Virus record (IMG/VR): IMGVR_UViG_3300045612_000175
Span: 1 to 59,545 of that record
Strand: one strand, 5' to 3'
DNA length: 59,545 nucleotides
Source of the DNA: a virus
Lineage: Duplodnaviria > Caudoviricetes
Shown: in pieces, positions 28,592-39,364 of the stretch
Position numbering within the stretch: the stretch's first letter is position 1
Layout: the number at the start of each line of letters is the position of its first letter
Translations under genes and position numbers: made by a program
The notes under the pieces: generated by a model
Told to the model about the DNA's origin: nothing
Databases searched by the model: none
What the model saw: the letters and a program-made list of their open reading frames with translations, nothing else

Positions 28592-31500
28592 ATGACGTAC
28601 ATGATCTATGTGCCACGCAAGTGGCGCATAGTTCTTGATGCGTGGCGCGAGGCCATTGCGCGCAGTGATCCACACATGCGGATCTACATAGGTGCCACGC
28701 TCAAGGAGGACGTTGGCTATGTAGGCATTACATGTGTGGACGACGCCGTCGCGGAGGCATTGACCGCGTCGCTCTGCCGTGCGTTTGAGGCACGCATGAA
28801 GGGCACAACATGGATTGCGCTCGACAGACCATAAGGAGGCACAGGATGGCAGACACATGGCGCATTCTGCTCTCGGGCATCAAGTTCGACATGGACACTG
28901 CGGCCGATCCCGACATGCTTGAGGAGGCATACGTGCTAGGGCTTCCCAAGTGGGCAGTCATTGAGCCTCAAGACGTGAAGCACTTGGGCGCGCAGTTTGC
29001 GGATGCGATTGACGCGGCAGACGATGGCTGGCTCGTGACGGAGAGCCTCGCGTTCGTCACAGAGACCTATGGGTTCTGCATTCTTGACGCAACCATCGTG
29101 CTGGAAATCTCGCGCGAAGGTAAGACAATCGACGTTGTGGCATTGGCACAAGGAGGCAGGGCATGAGTGACTACATGTGGAGGCGCAAGTTCGTGCTTGC
29201 GGGGCGTGCGCTTGGTCTCATCATGCGAGAGTGCACGGGAGATCCGTACTCGCATGTCAAGAACATTGTCAACAGGTTCACGGATGCGCTAGCCGATGAG
29301 CGGCCGAGTGGCATTCGGCACTTCGACAGCATCTATGTGCAGTATGCGTCACCTTATGACAGTGGCTTCATGCCACGCGAGAAGGTAAACATTGGCCTCG
29401 CGCTCAACATGAACGCATCGTACTCAGTCATGCAGGGACGCTTGCCACAGCACCCTGCGATTGTCACGCATCAAGACTTGCTTGAGGATAGCCACTATGC
29501 GAAGTGGCTTGTCTACAAGATGCGCGGGCAAGACTTCTTCGACGTGCGAGAGTGGCACGTCGATCTGTGCCTTGAGGAGCCAGACGAAGATGTGATACAC
29601 AAGTGGCGGCTCGCGGAGGACAAGGCCATTGCATATGCAGTGGCTCAATCGGAACAGACCGCACTGTCGGTGGGAGAATAGAGCGCATGTACACATACAG
29701 CAACCTCGAGTACGTCGTAGAGATCCAGATGACGGATCGCACGCGGGGACAAGAGCATGTCCTCGACGACATTCGCGGGGCCGCCATAAGCGGTCGGCTC
29801 AGCCAGTACCTGCGCCCAGTTCCAAGCAGCATCTGGCTGCCGCAGTACAACCTCATGCGTCCGAGGTACTACGACGACGCACTTGAGGCATGGAAGGCCG
29901 ACGCATGGGGCGGCATGGCCATTGATCCAGCACACGACACGAGCATCGAGATCGACAAGGACGACATGGTTACGCTGCGTCTGCACCTCACGCAGACCGC
30001 ATGCGTCAAAGCGCCGAAGGGACTGATGCGCGACATTGCGCAGGCTGGCTGGCGCGTGCGGACCGTCGTGCACTGCCATGGCACGCCCATGGTGGAGCAT
30101 TGGGACTGCTTCCTTACGGCGGGGGCAAGCCTCGGTGACTTGCGAAGCGCCGCCACTCTGAAGCGAGGACGCGCATGGGCGCGTGAGGCTGATGGCTTCA
30201 TGCGCGGGATGGATTCTGTGTCCAAGAGCAGCCACTCGTGGCGGGGCATCGTGTGCCTTGGCGAGTGCGAGAGCGGGTTGTACTTCTCAGGCGACATGCG
30301 TAAGGAGGTGCACGCGTGAACATAAAGCGTTGGAGGCGCTACATGAAGGGTCTGCGGCACGCACGGGGGCTTGATGCCGAGGCGACTGGAAAGGAGGCAG
30401 TCGTGTACGTCTGGAACCCGGAGGTAATCCGGGGCATCCTTGACGTGCGGCTAGATAGCGCGCGTGTCGAAAGCGCAGACATTGTGGAACTCTACCACAC
30501 GCTCGTGCCACTGGTGCAGAGAGAACTTCAATATGCGCGCATGCGTATTGACGAAGTTGTGCTCAGCACTTTGCATGAGTACTGCGAGAAGTACAAGGAG
30601 GCCAATGATGCGTGACTTGTTTGATGTGACCATTCCGGGTGTACCAGAAGGCTGGTACGAGACGCTTATGTGCGACATCCAATGGGATATCACTGCGCCC
30701 ATAAGCGTGTACGATGCCAACTATCAGCCAAGGAACACGGTAAAACCGGAGATAAAGTACTACAGCCTCACGCCTAAGGACTGGCGCGAAGTGAAGAGGC
30801 TGCCCCGTGCGCTATACGTGAGGTATCCGCTCGACAAGGGGATCACGCCTGACTACATGACCCGTGTGGTTGAGGACCACTACGGGTGGTACATCTCTGG
30901 GGCAACGTGGGCGTCCGCGATGCGAGAGACATGGAACGTGGCCGCAAGGGACGCGGATGCCCATGGCGTGAAGACTGCGTGGATACGAAAGGGGGTGCTG
31001 GTATGGCGCTAAGTGTGGAGATCTATCCTCGCATAAGCGGGGAGCGGTGCGAGGAGAATGTGGGTGGTTGCCGCATCGTGGCGGTCTGCACACAAGATCC
31101 AGAGCACTGGTGGGACTACGAGACCGTCACATGGCGGATCACCAAGCACAATGGGAGGAAAGTGGCCACGGTTGGCCACTTGGAGTGCACGCATGGCAAG
31201 ACCACGGTGAGCGTGTCGCAAGTTCGTCCCACGTGGGATGACCTCACGTGGTTCGAGAGCGATGGGGTCTCGCCCACCACGTGCGAGGAGGCGTGCGAGG
31301 TGGAGCCAGATGGCTCATGTGAGCACGGCCACCGTGCATGGACGTGGCTCGCAGTTGGCTTTGCCTAGTGACCATATGCACAGTCACTAGTGTGTGTACG
31401 CATGGCGCATGGGAGGACACAAGAGCATGGCACTGAGCATCTTCGCGCGGGTCGGGCGGGCAATCAAGCGTGGGCTTGGGCTGCACATGATCGACGCGCA

Positions 31501-31897
31501 AGGTGTGGTCACCTTGCAGGAACTGCACAAGGTGATCGACGAGATCAAGGCACTCAAGTACGAGGTGCAGGTCCTCGGTGACGACGCGCGCATGGGGCGC
31601 ATTCATGCTGCCGAGCATCAGGATAACCTGTTCAACCAAGTGAATAATGCGTACGCCTCGATCCTCGACCTTCAGGTGCAGATTTCCGACATCAAGTACA
31701 AGATCGGTGAAGTTGTCGATACTAGGACGCAAGTCTACAAGGTGGAAGACAGCATCAGCACTGTCATATTCGTGCTCGAAGAACTCAAGTCAGACATCGC
31801 AGGCGTGCGCGATGTGGTAGACGGGCTTGAGACTGACCCTGTTGGGAAGGTGGCGGAGGCTCTGGCCGAGGCCGCACGTAACTTGGAGGTGCGATAA
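28592..31897 (+). CDS. Run of early hypothetical genes (28592..28834, 28846..29166, 29163..29681, 29687..30319, 30316..30615, 30605..31012, 31003..31368, 31427..31897)
   Basis: Co-oriented, SD-preceded, often with overlapping start/stop codons. No family recognised; the last is coiled-coil. Confidence 0.65.
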
Positions 31898-31898
31898 C

Positions 31899-32495
31899 AT
31901 GGGCGGCATTCGTGGCGACGAGACGCTTGATCCGAGCCTCATGTACGTGGCGCATGGGAAGGCCGTGCCCACGTATGGGGCACTGCTTGAGTTGGCCCAT
32001 AAGTGTGGCCTCACTGGCATCAAGACCATGCTCGTGCAGGCACCGGGACCGACAAACGGCGGTCTCGCAATCGTGCACGCGACTGCCGTGTTTGTGGTGG
32101 ACGGTACGTTCGCTGACTACACGGGTCTCGGCGATGCAAGCGTCGCAAACGTGGGCCGCGGGGTTGCCCCGCATATCGTGCGCGTGGCTGAGACTCGTGC
32201 AAAGGCGCGGGCGTTGCGCGACGCATTGTGCATTACAGACGCCGCCCTTGAAGAGATGGGCGGGGCCGATCTTGTGGGCGATGACAAGCACATGGTGATT
32301 GAGGATATTCCAAGTGCACCTAGCGCCGTGGCATTCGCACCCAGTGCCAGCGAAGCGCGGCCAGCAAGCGACAAGCAAGTCGCGTACTTGAGTACACTGG
32401 CGGCTCGTGCGAAGACAAGCCTTGATGCACTGGGATTCGATGGCACAAGCACGAGTGCAAGCGCACTGATTGAGCGCCTGAAGGGAGGAAAGTAA
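31899..32495 (+). CDS. Putative Rad52/Sak-like ssDNA annealing protein
   Basis: LLELAH, AIVHATA, GLGDAS, PHIVRVAETRAKARALRDA, and a C-terminal PASDKQVAYL motif. Confidence 0.55.
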   Translation: MGGIRGDETLDPSLMYVAHGKAVPTYGALLELAHKCGLTGIKTMLVQAPGPTNGGLAIVHATAVFVVDGTFADYTGLGDASVANVGRGVAPHIVRVAETRAKARALRDALCITDAALEEMGGADLVGDDKHMVIEDIPSAPSAVAFAPSASEARPASDKQVAYLSTLAARAKTSLDALGFDGTSTSASALIERLKGGK

Positions 32496-32496
32496 G

Positions 32497-32742
32497 GTGA
32501 CGTATGAAGAGGCACGGGCGGCGGTCCTTGCAGAGGCACGCGAGGCACTCAAGGCACGGATCGACATAGCACGGAGCCGGTCCCAAGAGGCTCGGGCCAT
32601 GAGTCGTGCGACCATGGGTCTCGATGGGGCGGAGAGTGCACGCGAAGTGGACACGGTGGTTCGTGGCCACACACGGGTGTTGCCGGGCTTGCAAGAGGCA
32701 CTGGGTGTGCTGGCACTCTTGGCAGAGAATGGAGGCAAGTAA
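32497..32742 (+). CDS. Hypothetical protein
   Basis: Packed ORF. Confidence 0.55.
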   Translation: MTYEEARAAVLAEAREALKARIDIARSRSQEARAMSRATMGLDGAESAREVDTVVRGHTRVLPGLQEALGVLALLAENGGK

Positions 32743-33723
32743 GTGGCAAAGCGCAAGTATTCGTACTTGCAGTGGCACGCGACGGGTGGCTACCCTGTCG
32801 TGCCGGGCACAAGCCATGGGCTATTGACTCGCACAAGCAAGATGCCATCGAGATCATGGGGCATACCCGCACTAGGGAGCCTCGTGACTGGGAGCGATGG
32901 CGGCAGGCTCGCGGTGCGGACATGCTCTGGTGCTGTGCTCAGGCACAAGAGTCTGAATGTGGCCGACAGAGGGTTCGTGGCCGAGGACATTGATCCGAAG
33001 CGCTTCGTGTGTAGTGTGTGCTATCCGAGGGCCAAGACGAGCCACTACAGATACGCACCGGCCAAGGCATGCCACAAGGCGCGGCTTGAGTGGACCCTGC
33101 GATGCCTTGAGAATGAGCATAGCAAAGACTACTGGGTGGCATATGTGGCAGAAGCCATGCGCTGGTCTGCCAATGAGCGTGGCACTGGTCTCGTGCGCGT
33201 ACACGACCAAGGCGACTTCTTCAGTGCGGCCTACGCATGGGCGTGGGTCGCTGTCGCCGAGACCGTGCTCTTGCATGAGCCAGACGTGCGGCTCTGGTTC
33301 AGCACGAGGAGCCACTACAGGCGCGGAGACATGAGCGAGCACGAGGCACGCGAATATGAGGGCACCATGGAAGCCATGCGTGCACTCGATGGGCTGCCCA
33401 ATGCTGTGGTGCGGCCGAGCGCACTCGTGACTGTGTACGGTGACGAGGAGGCCTTGTATGAAGGGCTGCACTTGCCGCCGGAGGTGCCGGGCCTGAGCGC
33501 AGGCACGATGGTGCTCATTGATGGGGTGCCTGTGCCAGATGGCGTGCACTTGTGTCCGAGCCATGAGCAGAACAGCAAGTGCTTCGGCGCAAGTGTTGGC
33601 GGCGTGGACTGCGACACGTGCTGGAAAGGGCATGTGCCCGTCGCATACAAGGGGACCGGCGACATCAGGCGGGAAAAGCCACTCACGAAGGAGGTACATG
33701 ATGAGGCACTGGTCGGGGTATAA
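32743..33723 (+). CDS. GP88-like (radical-SAM-related) protein
   Basis: SKMPSRSWGIPA, C...CSVCY, VRVHDQGDF, WFSTR, CP...C...CDTCW. Confidence 0.7.
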   Translation: MAKRKYSYLQWHATGGYPVVPGTSHGLLTRTSKMPSRSWGIPALGSLVTGSDGGRLAVRTCSGAVLRHKSLNVADRGFVAEDIDPKRFVCSVCYPRAKTSHYRYAPAKACHKARLEWTLRCLENEHSKDYWVAYVAEAMRWSANERGTGLVRVHDQGDFFSAAYAWAWVAVAETVLLHEPDVRLWFSTRSHYRRGDMSEHEAREYEGTMEAMRALDGLPNAVVRPSALVTVYGDEEALYEGLHLPPEVPGLSAGTMVLIDGVPVPDGVHLCPSHEQNSKCFGASVGGVDCDTCWKGHVPVAYKGTGDIRREKPLTKEVHDEALVGV

Positions 33724-34126
33724 GAACTGGCAGACCCACGCCATCATGACATGGGACATCATCGGACAAGATCTGGCCACGCTCAATGCCATCGAGGACA
33801 CTGTGCACAATGCGCTCATGCGTGGGCCTGATGACTCGATGGCTGACAGGTACCTTACGCACAGTGAATGGCTCTTGCAGGAGGTGGGGCGCATCATCAA
33901 GGAGGCCCTTGAGGACGATGCCATGCTCGGTGTCTTCTCGCACGCACGTGTCTCAGACGATGCGCGCTGGGTCGAGGACATGTGGCGTGGCACGTTTGAT
34001 GACGTGGCATGGACAGAGATCGCCATTGCGAGCATAAAGGGGTCCGAGACGTGGGCTAATGCAAGCGAGGCATGGCAGGAGGAGATTGATCGTAGGTACA
34101 AGATTGAGCATGGGCGCGGGGCTTGA
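33698..34126 (+). CDS. Hypothetical protein
   Basis: AGGAGG SD; GYKNWQT...VAWTEIA pattern seen in phage early proteins. Confidence 0.6.
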   Translation: MMRHWSGYKNWQTHAIMTWDIIGQDLATLNAIEDTVHNALMRGPDDSMADRYLTHSEWLLQEVGRIIKEALEDDAMLGVFSHARVSDDARWVEDMWRGTFDDVAWTEIAIASIKGSETWANASEAWQEEIDRRYKIEHGRGA

Positions 34127-34152
34127 CATCCGTGGCATGAGATTGCTAGCAT
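34123..34152 (+). promoter_or_regulatory. Sigma70-type promoter with extended -10
   Basis: TTGACA-18-TAGCAT, preceded by TGc. Confidence 0.7.
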
Positions 34153-34173
34153 CACGACAGAAAGGGGCGCACT

Positions 34174-34371
34174 ATGTCTACAAAGCGCAGCGCATGGAGC
34201 AACACGAACAGCGAGTTCCTTACCGTGCCTCAAGTGGGGCGGCTTCTCGGCATCCCGTATAACACGGTGCTCAAGATGGTCAAGACGGGCGTGATCCCCG
34301 GCGCGTTTCGCATCGGGCGACGCACCCTCTACAAGCGGGCCTCAGTCGAGGCATGGCGCACGAGTGCCTAA
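34174..34371 (+). CDS. Excisionase-like HTH_17 DNA-binding protein
   Basis: FLTVPQVGRLLGI...GVIPGAFRIGRR...VEAW. Confidence 0.8.
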   Translation: MSTKRSAWSNTNSEFLTVPQVGRLLGIPYNTVLKMVKTGVIPGAFRIGRRTLYKRASVEAWRTSA

Positions 34372-34486
34372 GGCACGGGCGCGCACACTCGGCATCCACT
34401 GGCCGTCCCAGCAATGGGGCGGCCTTGCTGTTTCTGGCACACAGGCCATAAGGCATAAGGCACACAGGCACAAGGAGACACAAGCT

Positions 34487-36637
34487 ATGGGCGCTCGTGA
34501 ATGGACTGCGGAAGAGACCCTTGAGCTGGCGCTGCTCTTGCATAGTGGCCTCAGGCACCTTGCCTCTTATGACGAGGACAGGGCACGCAAAGAGAATGAG
34601 GTCGGCTTCAATGCACGCGACACGGAGTTTGGCCATAGGCTTGCGGGATCTGATCCGCATGGCTGGTCCCCGAAGATGATCGAGATCGCATTCAAGATGG
34701 CCCGCACGTATAGCCGCACTCAGTTGCGTGGCCTCGGCATCGACTGGTCTCGGCCGTATGTTGCGACAGAAGCGGCAACCGACGCATGGCGCAAGGGATC
34801 GAGGCCTGCCATCGCGCGAGTCGTCCTTGGCAAGAATAGCCGGGGCGAGGAGGGCATGGTCTTTGAGTTCACATATAGTGCGGCCCATGTGGCGAGCCTC
34901 AAGGCTGCTCGCGCATGGTTCATGCCGGAGAGGACAAGCCGCGGGGCTGGCGCATTGTCCGCATGGTGGGCGGCCTTCGACAATGTGGCCGCACAAGAGC
35001 TTGCCCAGTCTGAGGGCTGGGACATGAGCGACGGCATCATGCTCAAGATTGCAGGTGCTGTCTCCAAGGCACTTGGGCTACCGAGAGTGCGAGGGCCGCA
35101 GGCACCAGATGCACTTGACTTCACGGGGCTTGAGTCCCTTAGGCCCTTTCAAGTGGAGGGTGCGACGTGGCTTGTGCGCCAAGGCCGTGCAATCCTAGGC
35201 GATGACATGGGCACGGGCAAGACACTTCAAGTGCTCGCTGCCACACAGGCTGCGGGCGCATGGCCATTGCTCGTGATCTGCCCCGCTGTCGTGAAGCTGA
35301 ACTGGGCGAAGGAAGTCTTCAAGTGGCTGCCGGGCAGGAGTGTGAGCGTACTGGGTGTGAAGCGCGCGAGTTGCGTGCTCGATGGTGAGGCACGGTCCAT
35401 TGAGTGCGGGAACATGGATGCCGATGTTGTGGTCGTGAACTACGACATCGTGGGCAAGTACCGCGAGGCCCTCGGCGCCAAGGCATGGGGTGCAGTGGTC
35501 TGCGACGAGAGCCATTACCTCAAGACGCACAATGCGTTGCGTACCAAGCATGTGACGTGGCTCATGACGGGCTACGACAAGGACTTGAAGCGGCGCACGA
35601 AAGATGCCGTGCCATATCGGTGGCTCTTGAGTGGCACGCCCATGCTCAATCGGCCGATTGAGCTTGTGAGCCAGCTCACGATTATCGACAGGCTACAGGA
35701 ACTCGGTGGCTTCAAGAACTTTGTGGCTACGTATTGCGACGCAAAGCACAACGGCTTCGCATGGGACTACAGTGGCGCAAAGAATATGGCGGGCCTCGGC
35801 GTGGCCATGAAGCGCATCATGCTCAGGCGCACGAAGGCCGAGGTCCTGCCGGAGTTGCCACCGAAGAGCCGCGAGTACTTGAGTGTGGGCCTCGCGAATG
35901 AGGCCGAGTACCGGCGCGCAGAAGGGGCCGTCGCCAAGTGGATCGGCGAGTGCCACGCGAAGGATGCCGAGTTCATGGAGGGCCTCTACGCACAGGCCGC
36001 AGAGGCAGGTCTCGAAGGCGAAGGCTACGAGGCATTTATGGCAAAGGCCATCGAGGCACGCGAGAGATCCGCGACGAAGCGTGCCGAGAGGGCCGAGGCT
36101 CTCGTGCGATTCACCGCACTCAAGAGGCTGGCCGCAAAGGGCAAGTTGCCCGCAGTCATTGAGTGGGTGCAGGACTGGCTTGACTCAAACGAGGGGCGCA
36201 AGCTCGTGATCTTTGGCCACCATGTCGAGACCGTGCGGGAACTTGCGGTCGCATTCGGGAGCCGCGCCATCGAGGGGAGCACGAGCGCACAGGACAGGCA
36301 GGCCTATGTCGATGAGTTCCAGACGGACCCGAGTGTGCGCGTGATCGTCGCCAACATTCAGGCGGGTGGCGTGGGCATCACACTGACTGCGGCATCTGAC
36401 GTGCTGTTTGTCGAGCAGCATTGGAATCCCGGCACGCACGATCAGGCGGAGGATCGCGTGAACAGGCTGGGTCAGAGCCGTGCATGTGTGGCATACTACA
36501 TGATTGCAGAGGGGACCATTGATGAAGAGATCGCAAGCATGATCGAAGGCAAGCGAGCGATTGTCGCAGAAGGCACAGGCGACGAGGGCGCATTGAAGAC
36601 ACTCGGCACATGGCTGAGTGCGCGAGGAGGCAAGTGA
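34487..36637 (+). CDS. SNF2-family (HARP/SMARCAL1-like) helicase
   Basis: DDMGTGKT, DESH, LSGTPMLNRP, RRTK, GVGITLTAAS, QAEDRVNRLGQ. Confidence 0.92.
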   Translation: MGAREWTAEETLELALLLHSGLRHLASYDEDRARKENEVGFNARDTEFGHRLAGSDPHGWSPKMIEIAFKMARTYSRTQLRGLGIDWSRPYVATEAATDAWRKGSRPAIARVVLGKNSRGEEGMVFEFTYSAAHVASLKAARAWFMPERTSRGAGALSAWWAAFDNVAAQELAQSEGWDMSDGIMLKIAGAVSKALGLPRVRGPQAPDALDFTGLESLRPFQVEGATWLVRQGRAILGDDMGTGKTLQVLAATQAAGAWPLLVICPAVVKLNWAKEVFKWLPGRSVSVLGVKRASCVLDGEARSIECGNMDADVVVVNYDIVGKYREALGAKAWGAVVCDESHYLKTHNALRTKHVTWLMTGYDKDLKRRTKDAVPYRWLLSGTPMLNRPIELVSQLTIIDRLQELGGFKNFVATYCDAKHNGFAWDYSGAKNMAGLGVAMKRIMLRRTKAEVLPELPPKSREYLSVGLANEAEYRRAEGAVAKWIGECHAKDAEFMEGLYAQAAEAGLEGEGYEAFMAKAIEARERSATKRAERAEALVRFTALKRLAAKGKLPAVIEWVQDWLDSNEGRKLVIFGHHVETVRELAVAFGSRAIEGSTSAQDRQAYVDEFQTDPSVRVIVANIQAGGVGITLTAASDVLFVEQHWNPGTHDQAEDRVNRLGQSRACVAYYMIAEGTIDEEIASMIEGKRAIVAEGTGDEGALKTLGTWLSARGGK

Positions 36638-37973
36638 TGAGCATGCTCGGTGCGATGGTCGTGGCTGGTGGCATTGGCGTGGCCATTGGCGCGGGCCTTA
36701 TGGCCTTTGCGATCTGGCAGTGGCGTGACTACGAGGCACTTAGAGTGCGCATGCTCAAGCGGCTTGAGGGGCCGCGAGAGCCAGTGCCTGTGAGGTACGG
36801 CCCGTTTGTGAGTGGGCGTGCGGGAACCTTTGGCGTAGGCAAGGGCGGCTATGAGGCGCGACGAAAGGGAGTGTAGCCATGGCTTCTATGGACAGGGACT
36901 ACGATGCGCGCGTGCAGTACGGTGGCGACAAGGCTCTCGAAGAGGCACACGCAAGCGGCATGGCCCACGCACTGGGGATCGCACGCGAGGTATGGCAGGC
37001 CCTCATTGTGAAGCAGGGCTGGCAGGAGGAGCGCAATGTAGAGGCCTCTAGGCAGACCGCACAGCGAGCACGTGGCGCATGGAGTGTGGTGGTTGCAATC
37101 GAGGCGGCGATGGCCGTGGGAGACTGGGAATGATTGTGCACGAGGAATCGGCATACGAGGCGCGATGCAAGGCCTTTGGCATCGAGCCACTGCTTGAGGT
37201 GTCGTGCCCGTTTGACAAGGAGCTTGAGCCTTGGGTCGCAGGCAAGTACGGCGAGGCCATGTACGCAGCCGTGGTGCTCGGCGACCATTGGGTTGCATGG
37301 GAATGTGCAATGGAACTCGGCATTGGTCTGGCGTGGCATCTTACGAGCCAGTGGAATGAGCACGTGCACTGTGAGGCATGCCATAGGGTGGCCGAAGAGT
37401 TGCGTGAGATTGAGGAGGCACGGCTTTGAAGATCGCACTGATGGCGGACATCATTGATCGCGAGACTCTGCACGAGGTGCTGGCCGACTGGGAGGGTCGG
37501 CTGGCAGACGGGGCCGCAGAGACGGCGACAGAGGCAGTGGCACTCTTGAGGAGGCTCTTGACTACAGAGTGTGAGCGAGAGTACGAGCGTGAGCGTGAGG
37601 CCTATCGCGAGGCCTACGAAGAGGCCTATGCAACATGGGAGGACTAGCAATGGGACGGACGCTGGCTGAGTTCGAGGCGGAGGATCTCTTGCGTGAGCTG
37701 CACATGAGGGGGTACTTTGCGCTTGTGTCGTGGAGCAGCGACGAGCTTATCGACGAGATCGAGCTTCAGGCCTACAATCAAGGTCTCGTGAGCCATGACG
37801 ATGAGGCACTGGAGGCACGTGCTCAGGCGCACTTCTCACCATCCATGAAGCACAGGCTTGAGTCGTCGATGGTGGAAGCGGCATACGAGCTTTTGCGCGA
37901 CGCCGCCGAGTCGATTGTGGATGACTTGCGCGAGGAAGGAATCTTGGGGACGCAGGAGGCCCCATGCCAATGA
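36637..37973 (+). CDS. Five small hypothetical genes (36637..36876 membrane, 36879..37133, 37130..37429, 37426..37647, 37650..37973)
   Basis: Translationally coupled run of ORFs. Confidence 0.6.
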
Positions 37974-38476
37974 ATATATTCGTGCTCGACACAGATCCGA
38001 GGCGGGCCGCCGAGTATCATGCCGACAAGCATGTGGTCAAGATGGCTGTCGAATACAGCCAGATCATGAGCACGGTTGCGAGGCACGCAGGTGCAAGCGA
38101 GCCATGGGTGGCCGAGATGTACAGGCCCACACATGAGAAGCACCCGTGCGTGGGCTGGGCTGCCCATGCCAAGAACTTCGAGTGGCTCATGGATCTGGCA
38201 CACTGGACAGGAAAGGAGTACACACACAGATACGGCAAGATACACAAGTCAAGCGGCCTTGTCCCCATGTTTAGGGACTGGTATGCGTGTGAAGGCAAGA
38301 GCCTCATGCTCAAGGGGCGGACGCCATGGGTGCAGGCCATGCCAGATGAGTACAAAGGGCCGGATGCTGTGCGCGCATACAGGACGTACTACACACATGG
38401 CAAGGAAGGCATAGTCGCGTGGGCTAAGGCAAGGCCCACGCCATGGTGGTATACGAAAGGGGGTGGCCATGGCTGA
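37970..38476 (+). CDS. Pyrimidine-dimer DNA glycosylase / endonuclease V-like protein
   Basis: MNIFVLD...DKHVVKM..EY.Q, YRPTHEKHPC, EYTHRYGKIHKS, QAMPDEYK. Confidence 0.8.
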   Translation: MNIFVLDTDPRRAAEYHADKHVVKMAVEYSQIMSTVARHAGASEPWVAEMYRPTHEKHPCVGWAAHAKNFEWLMDLAHWTGKEYTHRYGKIHKSSGLVPMFRDWYACEGKSLMLKGRTPWVQAMPDEYKGPDAVRAYRTYYTHGKEGIVAWAKARPTPWWYTKGGGHG

Positions 38477-38696
38477 CAAGAGGCTCATCGAAGTGATCGC
38501 GGCCAAGCTCAAGGACCAAGAGGAGTTGCTTACTGAGCGGTTCTACATCGTGGGCGAGGGCAATGGGGCCGAGATCGAGGCGGCACTCAAGGCCGAGATC
38601 AAGCGTGAGACTGGACGCGAGGCCACGCACGTGGCATGGAGTCCTGTACGGCGAGTGACTGAAGAGGAGGCACGGCGCTATGATGCTGGCAGATGA
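38469..38696 (+). CDS. Hypothetical protein
   Basis: Packed ORF. Confidence 0.55.
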   Translation: MADKRLIEVIAAKLKDQEELLTERFYIVGEGNGAEIEAALKAEIKRETGREATHVAWSPVRRVTEEEARRYDAGR

Positions 38697-39180
38697 GGCG
38701 ATCAGGTCCGCGTGGAAGGCAGGGCGACTGAAGATCGAGCCATGGGATGAGGCATGCTTGCAGCCAGCATCGTATGAGCTGAGGCTCGCTGGGAGCCTTG
38801 TGTACTGGGATGAGGCAGGGGCGAGCCGCGTCACGAACTTTGAGAACTACACACTCTTGCCGGGACGCTTCGTGCTGACAAGTACGACCGCACGCATTGG
38901 GCTGCCATATGACGTGGCCGCACGGGTCGAAGGCAAGAGTAGCCTCGGCAGGCAGGGCCTCTTGATCCATGCCACGGCAGGCTGGATTGACCCCGGCTTC
39001 GAGGGCGAGATCACCCTTGAGTTCAAGCACCTAGGCAATGAGCCGATTGGCCTGAAGGCAGGCATGCGTGTGGCCCAGCTCTGTTTCTTTCAGACGACAG
39101 GGTCGGCACGGCCGTATGGCCATGAGGCACTGGGCAGTAAGTATCAAGGGCAGGTCGGGCCGACAAAGGCTCGGGGCTAG
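38680..39180 (+). CDS. dcd: dCTP deaminase
   Basis: LQPASYELRL, EGKSSLGRQGL.IH.TAGWIDPGFEGEITLE, KYQGQ. Confidence 0.92.
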   Translation: MMLADEAIRSAWKAGRLKIEPWDEACLQPASYELRLAGSLVYWDEAGASRVTNFENYTLLPGRFVLTSTTARIGLPYDVAARVEGKSSLGRQGLLIHATAGWIDPGFEGEITLEFKHLGNEPIGLKAGMRVAQLCFFQTTGSARPYGHEALGSKYQGQVGPTKARG

Positions 39181-39200
39181 GCGCATGTGCATGGGGGCCA

Positions 39201-39275
39201 TGGAGCCGAGAGTGGGAGTCGAACCCACGACTGGCGGTTTACAGGACCGCTGCTCTGCCACTGAGCTATCTCGGC
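39201..39275 (-). tRNA. tRNA-Thr(UGU), CCA encoded, C33
   Basis: Acceptor GCCGAGA/TCTCGGC; anticodon arm GCGGT-CCTGTAA-ACCGC; T loop TTCGACT. Confidence 0.88.
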
Positions 39276-39276
39276 G

Positions 39277-39348
39277 TGGCCCCCGTGGGACTCGAACCCA
39301 CAGCCCAAGGATTAAAAGTCCCTTGCTCTACCGTTGAGCTAGGGGGCC
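39277..39348 (-). tRNA. tRNA-Lys(UUU), no encoded CCA
   Basis: GGCCCCC/GGGGGCC; AGGGA-CTTTTAA-TCCTT. TGgTATCCT extended -10 lies 8 nt upstream. Confidence 0.92.
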
Positions 39349-39364
39349 GCATGAGGAGGATACC

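Noticed and set aside
32872-34233. 453-aa minus-strand ORF and other long antisense ORFs (31785, 55324, 57541)
   Set aside because: Shadow frames of well-supported + strand genes in GC-rich DNA, with no recognisable motifs.
34174-34371. Excisionase-like gene as evidence of lysogeny
   Set aside because: No integrase, att-like context or repressor switch was found; HTH_17 proteins are common regulators.
34400-34430. Further pseudoknot copy before the SNF2 gene
   Set aside because: CAGCAA/TTGCTG complementarity exists but leaves no loop 3; a GCAA-capped hairpin or weak terminator is more plausible.
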